Origin: Opitutales bacterium | GTDB taxonomy: Bacteria; Verrucomicrobiota; Verrucomicrobiia; Opitutales; Seribacteraceae | DNA: 64,000 nt | Direction: 5' to 3' | Assembly: GCA_038106225.1 (NCBI GenBank) | Contig: JAYODK010000001.1 | Location: 2,413-66,412 of the forward strand | Part shown: positions 46,927 through 56,706 of the stretch, piece by piece | Layout: every line of letters begins with the position of its first letter | How positions within the stretch are numbered: position 1 is the stretch's first letter | Made by a program: the position numbers and the translations under genes | The notes under the pieces: generated by a model | Database searches by the model: none | The model's input: only the letters and a program-made list of their open reading frames with translations | Told to the model about the DNA's origin: nothing

Positions 46927-49308
46927 ATGAAAAATTTGCTTATTATATTATTTGCATGTGCGTGCTTTTTATCTGCTTATGCCCAAGAACCCTACGAGGG
47001 CGTCATCATAACTTCTATTAAAGTAGAAATTTCCGGACCTTCAACTGTCGGTGAATCTTATATTAAGCAAAACTTGCAGGTCGAGGAAGGCAGTAGGTAT
47101 GCATCTGCATCCATTGATAAATCTATACACAATCTGATGGAAACTGGATCCATTAAGGATGTGAGAGTCTTTATAGATCCAGAAATTTCCAACCAGAAAG
47201 CTTTAGGTTTAGTATTCAAAGTGGTTACTAAACCTAGAATAGAGGAAATACTGTTTGAAGGGAATAAAGAGTTAAGTGACAAAAAATTAATCAAATCAAT
47301 TGCTTCGCGAACGGGTGAATTATTGGATGAGTCAGTTGCAAAAGCGGATAAAATTTTGCTCGAAGATCTTTACCTTGAAAAAGGATTCTGGAATTCACAG
47401 CTTAGTTATCAAGTAATCCCATCCGCAAATGATTCTTCTAAAATCATTCTAAAATTTGATATCATTGAGAATGATTCCAGGAAAATTCGCAAAATTCTTT
47501 TTAAAGGAAATACTCAGTTAGATGACAATGAACTTCTCGATGTTATGGAAACTGCTCCTTGGAGGTTTTGGAGATTTTGGTCTAAAAGATCGAAATATCA
47601 GCCCCGAGTTCTTGAAGATGATGTAGAAAAAATTTCTCAAAGTTTTAGAAACAAAGGGTTTTTGGATGCCGAAATCGATCTATCTCAATTAACAATTTCT
47701 GAGGTAGGCACCAATCGGATTGATATTCAAATTTTTGTTAATGAAGGAACGAGGTCTTATTTTGGAAAGCAAAGAGTCTTTGGACAGGCGATTCTCGATG
47801 AAGATACTTTGATGGAGGATACCTTGATTAAAAGAGGTGAACCCTACTCTCCTAGCCTCTTATCCAAGGAAAGAAGCCGCCTTAAAAGAATTTATGGGGA
47901 AAAGGGCTATCTTGATGCACAAATACGAGTCAATCGAAAATCAAACCTTGATGAAAATCAAATAGATTTAGATTTTGAAATCACAGAAAATAATAAATTT
48001 TCAGTCAACACCATAGAGGTTCGGGGTAACGAAAAAACTAAGACAATCGTTTTAATTAGAGAACTGGCATTAGCACCTGGTGAAACTTTTGACTTAACTC
48101 GTATGGAGACCAGTGAAGCTAGGCTTCGTAATACCAAATTATTTGAGCGGGTAGACATCAGTGATGAGCCAATTTTATCCGGCGATCCGGAGCTCAGGAA
48201 TACTAGGCGTAATATGGTGGTCGATGTAGAAGAGGGACAAACAGGGCATTTATCCTTTGGTGTAGGGTTTAGCACTCTTGAGAAAGCGATGCTTTATGCG
48301 GAGTTTAGACAAGGCAACTTTGATTTAATGAAGTGGCGGGCTCCTCACCGCCTTCAAGGAGACGGTCAAAAATTTCGCCTAAGACTTAAATTGGGTGCAA
48401 GAAGTAATGAAGCCAGACTTGCTTTGGAGGAACCTTGGTTTCTAAACAGACGTTTAGCAGCTGGCTTTGAAGTTTTCCGAGAAAAGTCAGATTATCAAAG
48501 CTCGTTTTACGATGAATTGAGGGCAGGTTTTGAAATTTATTTCCGAAAGAGATTGTTTGAACTTGTGGAGGGTCGTTTGTTCTACAGCTTTGAAGATGTT
48601 TTAATCGAAGATATTGAGCAAACAGCAAGAACCCTTTGGATAAGAAATGATCCAGCCTTTATTGCTTCTTCGAATGAGATTAATCGTACTATATCGAAAA
48701 TTGGACTTAGTTTAAGCAGAGACACTAGGGATGTGCTTCTTTTTCCCACAAGAGGAAGCATTGTTTCTATTCGCAAAGAATTTGCCGGTGGTATTTTTGG
48801 AGGTGATGCTGATTATGGCAGATTCGAAATTCAAGGAGCTAGGTTTTTTAAAACTTTTGATGCAATGGAACAGGTTTTATCTGTATCTGGGCGGGTAGGA
48901 ACGCTGGGTAAATTTGATGGCGAAGATGCTAATGTTCCATTTTTCGAGAAATTTTTTCTTGGCGGCCCCTACAATTTGAGGGGTTGGGATTATCGGGAAG
49001 CTGGACCTAACGAAAGTGGCGAGCCAACTGGAGGCAATTCATTTTCTTACGCCAGCTTGGAATATACATTCAAAGTCGCAGACCCTCTGCGATTTGCCTT
49101 TTTTTATGATGGAGGATTTTTAAGGGAAGATGATTTTAAGCTTGTTCCTGGAAATAATGAAGAAGGATGGCATGACAATTGGGGGTTGGGCATTCGTATA
49201 ATGGTAATGGGAATGCCCTTGCGATTGGACCTTGGATTTCCTTTAACAGACTCCAGCAACTCGGGTGGTTCAACCCAATTTCATTTTTCTGGAGGTACAA
49301 GATTTTAA
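46927..49308 (+). CDS. bamA: Outer-membrane protein assembly factor BamA
   Basis: 793 aa. Signal peptide, POTRA-like repeats (I..I.F.GN...) and an Omp85 barrel ending ...TQFHFSGGTRF. Confidence 0.93.
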   Translation: MKNLLIILFACACFLSAYAQEPYEGVIITSIKVEISGPSTVGESYIKQNLQVEEGSRYASASIDKSIHNLMETGSIKDVRVFIDPEISNQKALGLVFKVVTKPRIEEILFEGNKELSDKKLIKSIASRTGELLDESVAKADKILLEDLYLEKGFWNSQLSYQVIPSANDSSKIILKFDIIENDSRKIRKILFKGNTQLDDNELLDVMETAPWRFWRFWSKRSKYQPRVLEDDVEKISQSFRNKGFLDAEIDLSQLTISEVGTNRIDIQIFVNEGTRSYFGKQRVFGQAILDEDTLMEDTLIKRGEPYSPSLLSKERSRLKRIYGEKGYLDAQIRVNRKSNLDENQIDLDFEITENNKFSVNTIEVRGNEKTKTIVLIRELALAPGETFDLTRMETSEARLRNTKLFERVDISDEPILSGDPELRNTRRNMVVDVEEGQTGHLSFGVGFSTLEKAMLYAEFRQGNFDLMKWRAPHRLQGDGQKFRLRLKLGARSNEARLALEEPWFLNRRLAAGFEVFREKSDYQSSFYDELRAGFEIYFRKRLFELVEGRLFYSFEDVLIEDIEQTARTLWIRNDPAFIASSNEINRTISKIGLSLSRDTRDVLLFPTRGSIVSIRKEFAGGIFGGDADYGRFEIQGARFFKTFDAMEQVLSVSGRVGTLGKFDGEDANVPFFEKFFLGGPYNLRGWDYREAGPNESGEPTGGNSFSYASLEYTFKVADPLRFAFFYDGGFLREDDFKLVPGNNEEGWHDNWGLGIRIMVMGMPLRLDLGFPLTDSSNSGGSTQFHFSGGTRF

Positions 49309-49354
49309 AGTATTGTTGCCAACCACCATGCCAAGACTTCATACTTCCTAGGCT

Positions 49355-49897
49355 ATGAAATTCTTAAACTACCTTTTATTTATTGTTCTCTTTTCTTTGT
49401 CTCAAAGTCTCAGTGCTCAAAAAATAGGAGTGGTCGATGTCCAAAAAGTTTTTGATGGCTATCAAAAGGTAAAAGATGCACGGGAAAGATTGGATAAATC
49501 TAAGCAAGTGGCCATGGAAGAACTTGAAATTTTTCGCGATGAGATGGAAAAAATCGTGAATGAATTAAAAGAAATGGAAGAGAAACTGAAAAATCCCAAC
49601 ATTGACTCGACAGCACTCAAAGAAAAATACCAAGAAAAAGTAAAAGTAGCCAAAGAAAAACAAGATGATATGGTGGCTTATGATAAGCGAGCAAAGGCAA
49701 CAATTGCACAAAGACAGAGAAACTTACTCGTTGAACACTTAGAAGATATCCGTGGTGCCATAAAAAAAGTTTCAACTGCCAAGGGTTTGGATCTAGTGCT
49801 GAATTCATCTGAGACCCAACTCGGGGTATTTTATTCAAGTGATAGCACTGATTACACGGAAGAAGTAATTGTCACTTTAAACGCTGAGAAAGAGTAG
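49355..49897 (+). CDS. skp: OmpH/Skp-family periplasmic chaperone
   Basis: 180 aa. Signal peptide, IGVVDVQKVF and a long charged coiled coil. Located between bamA and lpxD. Confidence 0.88.
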   Translation: MKFLNYLLFIVLFSLSQSLSAQKIGVVDVQKVFDGYQKVKDARERLDKSKQVAMEELEIFRDEMEKIVNELKEMEEKLKNPNIDSTALKEKYQEKVKVAKEKQDDMVAYDKRAKATIAQRQRNLLVEHLEDIRGAIKKVSTAKGLDLVLNSSETQLGVFYSSDSTDYTEEVIVTLNAEKE

Positions 49898-49927
49898 CGA
49901 ATTCTTTTTCCTAGCTAAGAGAATTTT

Positions 49928-50959
49928 GTGAATCTTAGCATACAAATCGCCGATATATTAGAACTATTTCCTGATGCAGAAATTTCAGGAGATTGTAGAA
50001 TTAAGGAATTAAATGGAATATCCAATCTTCGAGATGCGAAGGTTGGAGATCTCTCATTTTTGGGCAATCCAAAATACAAGAGCTTTGTACAAAATTGTAA
50101 TGCTAGTATTATCTTGCTTCCTCAAGAGTATGATGAACAGCCCAATAAGAACCAGATGTTTATCAAGTTACAAAAGCCTTCTCGAGGCTTAGCCCAAATA
50201 TGTGAATTACTAGAGAGTAAACTTAATCATCAAAATAAGTCAGGCATTCACCCCTCGGCGTTTGTAGAGCTAAATGCCACCGTAGATTCAACAGTTTCTG
50301 TAGGGGCATTTACTTACATTGGTGAAGATGCTAGAATTGAAAAGAATTCTCAAATAAGTACCCATTGTCATGTGGGGTCAGGATCTGTGGTAGGTGAAGG
50401 CAGTATTTTACATCCAGGTGTTAAGCTTTTATCTCGTTGTGTGATTGGTAAAAATGTGGTGTTGAATGCAGGTGTAGTTATTGGCTCCGAGGGATATGGT
50501 TTTGACCAAAGCGAAGCAGGCCATCAAAAGATTCCCCACTTAGGTATTGTAGTTGTGGAGGATGGAGTAGAAATTGGTGCTAACACTTGTATTGATCGTG
50601 CTCGATTTGAAGAAACAAAAATAGGAAAAGGAAGCAAGATCGATAACTTGGTTCAAGTTGGGCATAATGTTAAGATCGGAGAAAATTGTCTTATTGTTGC
50701 TCAGGTTGGAATAAGTGGAAGCGTAATCATGGAAGCCGATGTTATTGTTGGTGGGCAAGCAGGATTCGCAGGGCATATAAAGATTGGTAAAGGTGCTAAA
50801 ATTGCAGGACAAGCAGGTATCACAAAGGATGTTGAAGCAGGTGCTTTTCTAAAGGGAAACCCTGCCCTTCCAATTCAATTAGCTCAAAGAATTGCAATTT
50901 TGCAGAGAAAATTGCCCGATCTTTTCAATAGGTTTGCCCAAGAAAAATCGAAAGATTAA
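49928..50959 (+). CDS. lpxD: UDP-3-O-acylglucosamine N-acyltransferase
   Basis: 343 aa with a GTG start. N-terminal LpxD domain (L..A..GDLSFLGNPKY), then left-handed beta-helix hexapeptide repeats. Confidence 0.93.
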   Translation: MNLSIQIADILELFPDAEISGDCRIKELNGISNLRDAKVGDLSFLGNPKYKSFVQNCNASIILLPQEYDEQPNKNQMFIKLQKPSRGLAQICELLESKLNHQNKSGIHPSAFVELNATVDSTVSVGAFTYIGEDARIEKNSQISTHCHVGSGSVVGEGSILHPGVKLLSRCVIGKNVVLNAGVVIGSEGYGFDQSEAGHQKIPHLGIVVVEDGVEIGANTCIDRARFEETKIGKGSKIDNLVQVGHNVKIGENCLIVAQVGISGSVIMEADVIVGGQAGFAGHIKIGKGAKIAGQAGITKDVEAGAFLKGNPALPIQLAQRIAILQRKLPDLFNRFAQEKSKD

Positions 50960-50967
50960 ACAAAGGC

Positions 50968-51918
50968 ATGCGAAACGGAACTAACCTGAAAATTTTTAGT
51001 GGGAACTCGAATCTCCCCTTGGCTAAGGAAATATGTGCATACCTTAATTTAGAAATAGGGGATGCCCTGGTGACATCCTTTCCTGACAGTGAAAGTTTTG
51101 TTCGTTACAATGAAAATATTCGTGGAATGGATGTGTTTCTTTTGCAGTCTTCCAATTCACCTGCGAACCATAACATCATGGAGTTGTTGATTATGGTGGA
51201 TGCAGCAAGACGTGCATCAGCTGCCCGTATATCTGTGGTTATTCCCTTTTTTGGCTATGCCAGACAAGATCGCAAGGACCAACCAAGGGTTCCCATTACC
51301 TCCAAGTTGATTGCAAATCTATTAGTAGCAGCAGGTGCCAACCGTGTATTGACCATGGATCTCCATGCACAACAAATACAAGGTTTTTTTGATATTCCCG
51401 TTGATCATCTATATGCATCACCAGTTTTCTTTGAGTATTTGCGTAATAGAAATACTGAAAACATGACTATCTTCACCCCAGATGTTGGAGGAATGAAGAT
51501 GGCAAGTGCTTATGCCGAGGTGCTAGGTTGTCCACTTGGTTTTGTGGCAAAGCGTCGTACAGGAGCCAGTACAGTCGAGGCAACCAACTTGGTAGGAGAA
51601 GTGGAGGGAAGAGAGGTATTAATCGTTGATGATATGACAGAGACTGCTGGTACCCTCACGGCTGCCGCAAAATTACTCAAAGAAAGGGGTGCCTGTCGTG
51701 TTTCTGCTGTGATAAGCCACTGTGTACTCAATGAGACGGGCAGAGAGCGTCTGAAGCTAGGACATTTAGATGAGTTAATTACCACAAATTCCGTAAAAAT
51801 TGATGTGAATGATTTGCCTATTACTCAATTAAGCGTTGCTCCTCTGCTGGGTGAAGCTATCCGGCGCACCCATACTGATAGTAGTATATCCAGTCTATTT
51901 GAGGTAAAAGGCTTTTAG
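50968..51918 (+). CDS. prs: Ribose-phosphate pyrophosphokinase
   Basis: 316 aa. Contains GYARQDRK, DLHAQQIQGFFDIPVDHL and the PRPP loop VLIVDDMTETAGT. Confidence 0.96.
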   Translation: MRNGTNLKIFSGNSNLPLAKEICAYLNLEIGDALVTSFPDSESFVRYNENIRGMDVFLLQSSNSPANHNIMELLIMVDAARRASAARISVVIPFFGYARQDRKDQPRVPITSKLIANLLVAAGANRVLTMDLHAQQIQGFFDIPVDHLYASPVFFEYLRNRNTENMTIFTPDVGGMKMASAYAEVLGCPLGFVAKRRTGASTVEATNLVGEVEGREVLIVDDMTETAGTLTAAAKLLKERGACRVSAVISHCVLNETGRERLKLGHLDELITTNSVKIDVNDLPITQLSVAPLLGEAIRRTHTDSSISSLFEVKGF

Positions 51919-51999
51919 TTTTTTAAGCGGGTTTCAAAATATTCATAAAACAATTTTTCAGAGAGGGGTCGCTACTTCATGTAGATATATATAAGTGCC

Positions 52000-53388
52000 A
52001 TGAATATTTATGTGATCTTGCTCACTATCCTTGCAGTAAGCTATCAAGCCTGGGGACAGAACAAAGCTTACTCATTGAGAGTAGACGATTCAGATATAAA
52101 TCGAACTTCAAAGGACCTAATTCTAAGTTATTCCTCTATTCTTAATACCAGCACACCTGCAGTTGTTGCAGTAACCACTCAACAGGTAGTTAGAAAGTTT
52201 TATCCGGGTGTTAACAACCCAATCGAAGATCTCCTTCGAAGATATTACGGAATTCCCCGCTTAAATAGTCCTCGGATTGAAGAGGAAAAAGTTCCTGCAG
52301 GAATTGGTTCTGGAGTGATAGTTTCTCCACAGGGTCATGTGGTTACTAATGCTCATGTAATTACTGATCCTAGAACGGGTGAGCTTATGGAAGAAGTAAT
52401 TGTACAAATGGGAGAACAAAAAAAATATTCCGCAGAAATCATTGGTTTTGATCATGCAACCGATATCGCAGTCTTAAAAATTGAGTCAGAAGATGAGTTG
52501 CCATTTGCGACCCTTGCAGATAGCGACCTTCTTCAGGTAGGAGATATTGTTTTTGCAGTAGGGAATCCACTTGGTATTGGGATGACAGTAACCATGGGAA
52601 TCATATCTGCCACTCGTAAATCTGAGTTAGGAATTTTGCGAGAGGAAGGAGCATACGAGAACTTCATACAAACCGATGCATCGATCAACCGCGGAAATTC
52701 AGGAGGCGCTCTTTTAGATGCTCAGGGTCGATTGATTGGGATAAATACGGCGATAATTTCCCAGACCGGTGCGAATATAGGAATTGGTCTAGCTATCCCG
52801 GTAAATATGGTTCGCAGAGCCCTAACTGATTATATAGAAGAAGGGAAAATTAGAAGAGGATTCCTAGGGGTCTCTCTAGAAACTGACCTAAGTGACAATG
52901 GTGCTTTTATTGGTAGTGTAGTACCTGGAAGTGCTGCGGATAAAGCGGGTTTTTTACCAGAGGATAAGATTATTAAGGTGGGCGATAAACTAGTAACATC
53001 GGTTAATCAGACTAGAGTGGCTATTTCTCAGTCATTGCCAGGATCAAGGATACCCATTGAAGTGCTTCGAAATGATAAGTATTTAACTCTCTATGTGGTT
53101 CTAGGCTCGATGTCTGAAGGGCTTACTCCTATCCCTGGAATCGAACTTTCAATACTAAATTCCGAAAACAGGAATATTTACCAGATTCCATCCACGGTTA
53201 GTGGGGTTTTAGTCACCAGTTCGACCGGAGAAATGGAGACATTTAAGGAGGGTGTGGTGCTTGTCGAAATCAATGGAGCAAAAATCCACAATCTATCTGA
53301 TGTAGCTGAGAATATGTATTCAGGAATCAATCGCTTTTATGTCTGGTATAGAGGGAAGTATAGGTTTCTGGCTTACCGAATCCCTTAA
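52000..53388 (+). CDS. HtrA/DegP-family periplasmic serine protease with PDZ domains
   Basis: 462 aa. Signal peptide, catalytic His region VVTNAHV, catalytic Ser region GNSGGALLD, and two PDZ-like C-terminal regions. Confidence 0.93.
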   Translation: MNIYVILLTILAVSYQAWGQNKAYSLRVDDSDINRTSKDLILSYSSILNTSTPAVVAVTTQQVVRKFYPGVNNPIEDLLRRYYGIPRLNSPRIEEEKVPAGIGSGVIVSPQGHVVTNAHVITDPRTGELMEEVIVQMGEQKKYSAEIIGFDHATDIAVLKIESEDELPFATLADSDLLQVGDIVFAVGNPLGIGMTVTMGIISATRKSELGILREEGAYENFIQTDASINRGNSGGALLDAQGRLIGINTAIISQTGANIGIGLAIPVNMVRRALTDYIEEGKIRRGFLGVSLETDLSDNGAFIGSVVPGSAADKAGFLPEDKIIKVGDKLVTSVNQTRVAISQSLPGSRIPIEVLRNDKYLTLYVVLGSMSEGLTPIPGIELSILNSENRNIYQIPSTVSGVLVTSSTGEMETFKEGVVLVEINGAKIHNLSDVAENMYSGINRFYVWYRGKYRFLAYRIP

Positions 53389-53410
53389 AATTAAAGAAAA
53401 CTTGTTCATA

Positions 53411-53980
53411 TTAACTACCCGGTTTTGTCGCTGGAATGCTTTTAAGCTGATCGGGTAGTTGATCTTCTTGGTAAGTGGGAAAATTCATTTTGAGTAATGG
53501 TGTAAAAGGAGAGCCGAAATTTAACGCTTCAGTACTGCGATCAACCAAACTTAGCACCCCCAGAAATTCACAAGGGTGTTTTTTAATGATCTCAATTGCT
53601 TCGATAACTCGCCCACCTTTGGTAACCACATCTTCAACCAGTAACACTTTATCCTCCGGATGAAGCAAAAAATTCCTTCTCAAAGCTAGGCGATCATTGA
53701 CTTTTTCAAGAAATATAAATCTTGCACCCAGTTGTCTGGCAACTTCCTGTCCAATTACCAAGCCTCCCATTGCGGGAGCGATAATCAAATCAACCGCCCT
53801 TGATTCAAGCTTAGAGATCAGGAGTTCTGCCAGTCTAGTAACTTTATCAAGGTGCTGACATACTTGAGCACATTGAAAAAAGTATTCGCTTCTTAGTCCG
53901 GATCTTAAAATAAAATGCCCTTTCAGCAAAGCATGCGTTTCTTCAAAAATGTTAATTACTTCCTTATCAATTTCGTCCAT
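53411..53980 (-). CDS. pyrE: Orotate phosphoribosyltransferase
   Basis: 189 aa. Contains GHFILRSGLRSEYFFQC and the PRPP motif VLLVEDVVTKGG. Confidence 0.92.
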   Translation of the reverse strand: MDEIDKEVINIFEETHALLKGHFILRSGLRSEYFFQCAQVCQHLDKVTRLAELLISKLESRAVDLIIAPAMGGLVIGQEVARQLGARFIFLEKVNDRLALRRNFLLHPEDKVLLVEDVVTKGGRVIEAIEIIKKHPCEFLGVLSLVDRSTEALNFGSPFTPLLKMNFPTYQEDQLPDQLKSIPATKPGS

Positions 53981-54156
53981 AAAATTTCAAGAAAAAGTAA
54001 GCAAGAATGTGAGGCAAACATTTAAACCAATGAGACTGCAAAGAATTATTCTGTCGAATCCATTTGCTTTAAATTAAAGTTTAAAACAAACAGAAAACCT
54101 TCTAGAAATTTGCTGTCTGTAACTCTCTGAATAGTGTAATCTAAAAGTATTTTGTT

Positions 54157-54420
54157 ATGAATGGCTCAAAAGAACTTTGGTTTGCCCTACTCTTTTTATC
54201 TGTCGGATTTACGATATGGCCTTTGTTGGTTTATTATCTAGGTCTTAGTCTTGGAATCGAATTCTTTTTAAATACTACTTTACGAACATGGGCGGAACAA
54301 ATCATCTACGGTCCCCTTGGTAGTTTTAACATTTCTTTTTTAAGAAGTCTCTTATTCTTAGTATTTCCCTACCTTTTTTTTATCTTTATCAGAACTGTAA
54401 TAAAAGTGAATAGGGACTAA
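54157..54420 (+). CDS. Small hypothetical membrane protein
   Basis: 87 aa with 2-3 hydrophobic helices. No recognisable family. Confidence 0.45.
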   Translation: MNGSKELWFALLFLSVGFTIWPLLVYYLGLSLGIEFFLNTTLRTWAEQIIYGPLGSFNISFLRSLLFLVFPYLFFIFIRTVIKVNRD

Positions 54421-54429
54421 CCTTAAAGT

Positions 54430-56187
54430 CTAGGTATTTACTACATTTTCCTGTAAATTACAAAACTTAGCATATGCCCCGCCCAGGCTTACTAAATGGT
54501 GATGCGTTCCTTGTTCAACTATCTTTCCATTCTCCAAAAATAGAATCCTATCAGCTTCTCTAATTGTACTTAACCGATGGGCAATAATGAGGGTCGTTTG
54601 TGTTTTAATCAGTATTTGTAGAGCTTGCTGAATTTTTCTTTCTGTTTCTACGTCAACACTCGCAGTTGCCTCATCAAGGATTAGGATGGGGGACGATTTT
54701 AACATCGCTCTAGCAAGGGTTAGTCTTTGCTTCTCGCCCATACTTAACCTAACACCTCTTTCTCCGATTAAGGTTTCTAATCCATTAGGTAGTTCATCAA
54801 CGAATTCATGAGCATGGGCTGAAAGGAGAGCATTATGAATCTCTCTCTCTTGAGCATTTTCTGCTGCAAGAAGAAGATTTTCTTTAACTGTGGTATCGAA
54901 GAGGAAAGGGTCTTGAGAAACCACTCCGATATTTGACCTGAGATCATCTAGATTAAGCTGATTGACTGGTTTTCCTCCAATTGTAATAAATCCCCTGCTA
55001 ACATCGTAATAACGAAGTAAAAGATTTGCTATTGTGCTTTTTCCCGCACCAGTCGGTCCTACTAAGGCAGTGGTTGAGCCATGAGGTAAAGTAAATGAGA
55101 GATCTTTTACAACAGGACTTCTCTCTGCATAAGAAAAGCTAACATTGACGAAACTAATTTCGTGATCATTAGTCGGAAAGGGAGTAGGACTTTTAGGACT
55201 CTTTATTTCAATTGGAGAATCCAAAACCTCCAAGACACGTTCTCCAGAAGCTTTGCCTGAAGCTACAAGATTATTTATACCAACAAGTTGTCTAATAGGT
55301 TCGTAAAACATATTGGCATAAAGGAGAAAAGCAAAGAATTTGCCGGTAGTGAAAGTGGGGTCATTTTCAAGTAAGTATGCACCCATTCCAACCACGCATA
55401 AAATACCTAGTGACGATGTAAAGCTAGCTGCTGGACCCTGTATGGACCATCGATACATGGCCTTAAGTGAAAGAGCCTCAAGACCCTTGGCTATATGAGA
55501 AAATCTTTTCTTTTCACGATGCATCAATCTGAACGATTGAATCAAACGATTACCCTGAATATCTTCAACAAGTAGAGAGTTAAGCTCGCCTGATTTATTT
55601 CGAACCGCCTTCCAGTTTTGCTTTGATACTTTGGCATATTGTACTGCCATACAGGCAAGTATCGGTAGTGGTATAAAAACAAGCGCGGCAAGTCTTGGTT
55701 CTTGGCAAAACATCATTATTGAAACCCCAACCAAAGTTAAAACGGCAACGAAGCCTTGTTCTGTACCATCCAAAATAGCCCGTTCCACATTTTGGACATC
55801 TTCAATTACCCGGGAAGAAATATCACCACTTTTTCGACGATCGTAAAAGTTGATTGGAAGTCTCAATAATTTATTGTGAAGATCTTGGCGTAACCGGAAA
55901 ATAACCCGTTGCTCAAGTTTGTTATTAACTCTTATACGAAGGCAATTCAGCAATTCTTTGAAGAAAAAAATACCTGCTATAAGTAACATGCCACGGCATA
56001 AAATCATTCCATTGCCGATGCCATTTGTAAAAACTTTGTCCAGAACTTGCTGAATAACGGATGGTGCGATCACTGAAAGGATAGTCATCGAGCAAGCCAA
56101 GAATAGCGTCCCCGCAAAAAGAGGTTTGTAATCTAATAAGTAAGCACTTATGCGAGAAATTACCTTGGTGTTTTTGGTTTGGCACAT
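54430..56187 (-). CDS. ABC exporter, fused permease/ATPase (MsbA-like type I exporter)
   Basis: 585 aa. Six-TM N-terminal half. Walker A GPTGAGKST, signature LSMGEKQRLTLARA, Walker B ILILDEATASVD. Confidence 0.93.
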   Translation of the reverse strand: MCQTKNTKVISRISAYLLDYKPLFAGTLFLACSMTILSVIAPSVIQQVLDKVFTNGIGNGMILCRGMLLIAGIFFFKELLNCLRIRVNNKLEQRVIFRLRQDLHNKLLRLPINFYDRRKSGDISSRVIEDVQNVERAILDGTEQGFVAVLTLVGVSIMMFCQEPRLAALVFIPLPILACMAVQYAKVSKQNWKAVRNKSGELNSLLVEDIQGNRLIQSFRLMHREKKRFSHIAKGLEALSLKAMYRWSIQGPAASFTSSLGILCVVGMGAYLLENDPTFTTGKFFAFLLYANMFYEPIRQLVGINNLVASGKASGERVLEVLDSPIEIKSPKSPTPFPTNDHEISFVNVSFSYAERSPVVKDLSFTLPHGSTTALVGPTGAGKSTIANLLLRYYDVSRGFITIGGKPVNQLNLDDLRSNIGVVSQDPFLFDTTVKENLLLAAENAQEREIHNALLSAHAHEFVDELPNGLETLIGERGVRLSMGEKQRLTLARAMLKSSPILILDEATASVDVETERKIQQALQILIKTQTTLIIAHRLSTIREADRILFLENGKIVEQGTHHHLVSLGGAYAKFCNLQENVVNT

Positions 56188-56691
56188 AGCTGTAAATTAA
56201 AACAATTACTAGATACTTTTTTAACCTACATTTCAAACTTGGACGAAAAAATCATTCACGGACCTACTGGAGCCACCCTCTTAGATCTTCCTTCACCATA
56301 TGAAGCTCACGCTTGTGGTCTTTTGCACTTGCCTCGTTTTCTAGCAAAAATAAAAAAACACCTCCTGGGCACTTTACCTAAAAGCTACCAGCGGAATTTC
56401 ACGAAAGGATTTGATGGATTTCTTTGCCTTCATTTAGGTGTGGAGCCTCAGCAAATAATAGATTGTGTGAAAAATGCGAAAAACGACGAAGTATTAGCTC
56501 AGAGTTTAATTCAAATTTTTCCTGATAATTTACGTGTCCACGAATGGAATCGACGCGTAGTTCAGATTGGAATGTCTGATATGGCTCTCGAAAAGTTAAA
56601 TGAAATAAAAGAGGGACTAGGGGCATCAGGTAGAGAAGATCTTAGATCATTTGCTGATGTTATTGACTTTGATGAGCAAAAAATCAGCTAG
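56179..56691 (+). CDS. DUF5069-like protein
   Basis: 170 aa as drawn. LLHLPRFLAKIKKHL...GFDGFLC pattern. The start is uncertain because the annotated ATG overlaps the divergent ABC start by 9 nt. A TTG near 56239 is an alternative. Confidence 0.65.
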   Translation: MAHSCKLKQLLDTFLTYISNLDEKIIHGPTGATLLDLPSPYEAHACGLLHLPRFLAKIKKHLLGTLPKSYQRNFTKGFDGFLCLHLGVEPQQIIDCVKNAKNDEVLAQSLIQIFPDNLRVHEWNRRVVQIGMSDMALEKLNEIKEGLGASGREDLRSFADVIDFDEQKIS

Positions 56692-56706
56692 GTCTGTAAA
56701 CTAAAA

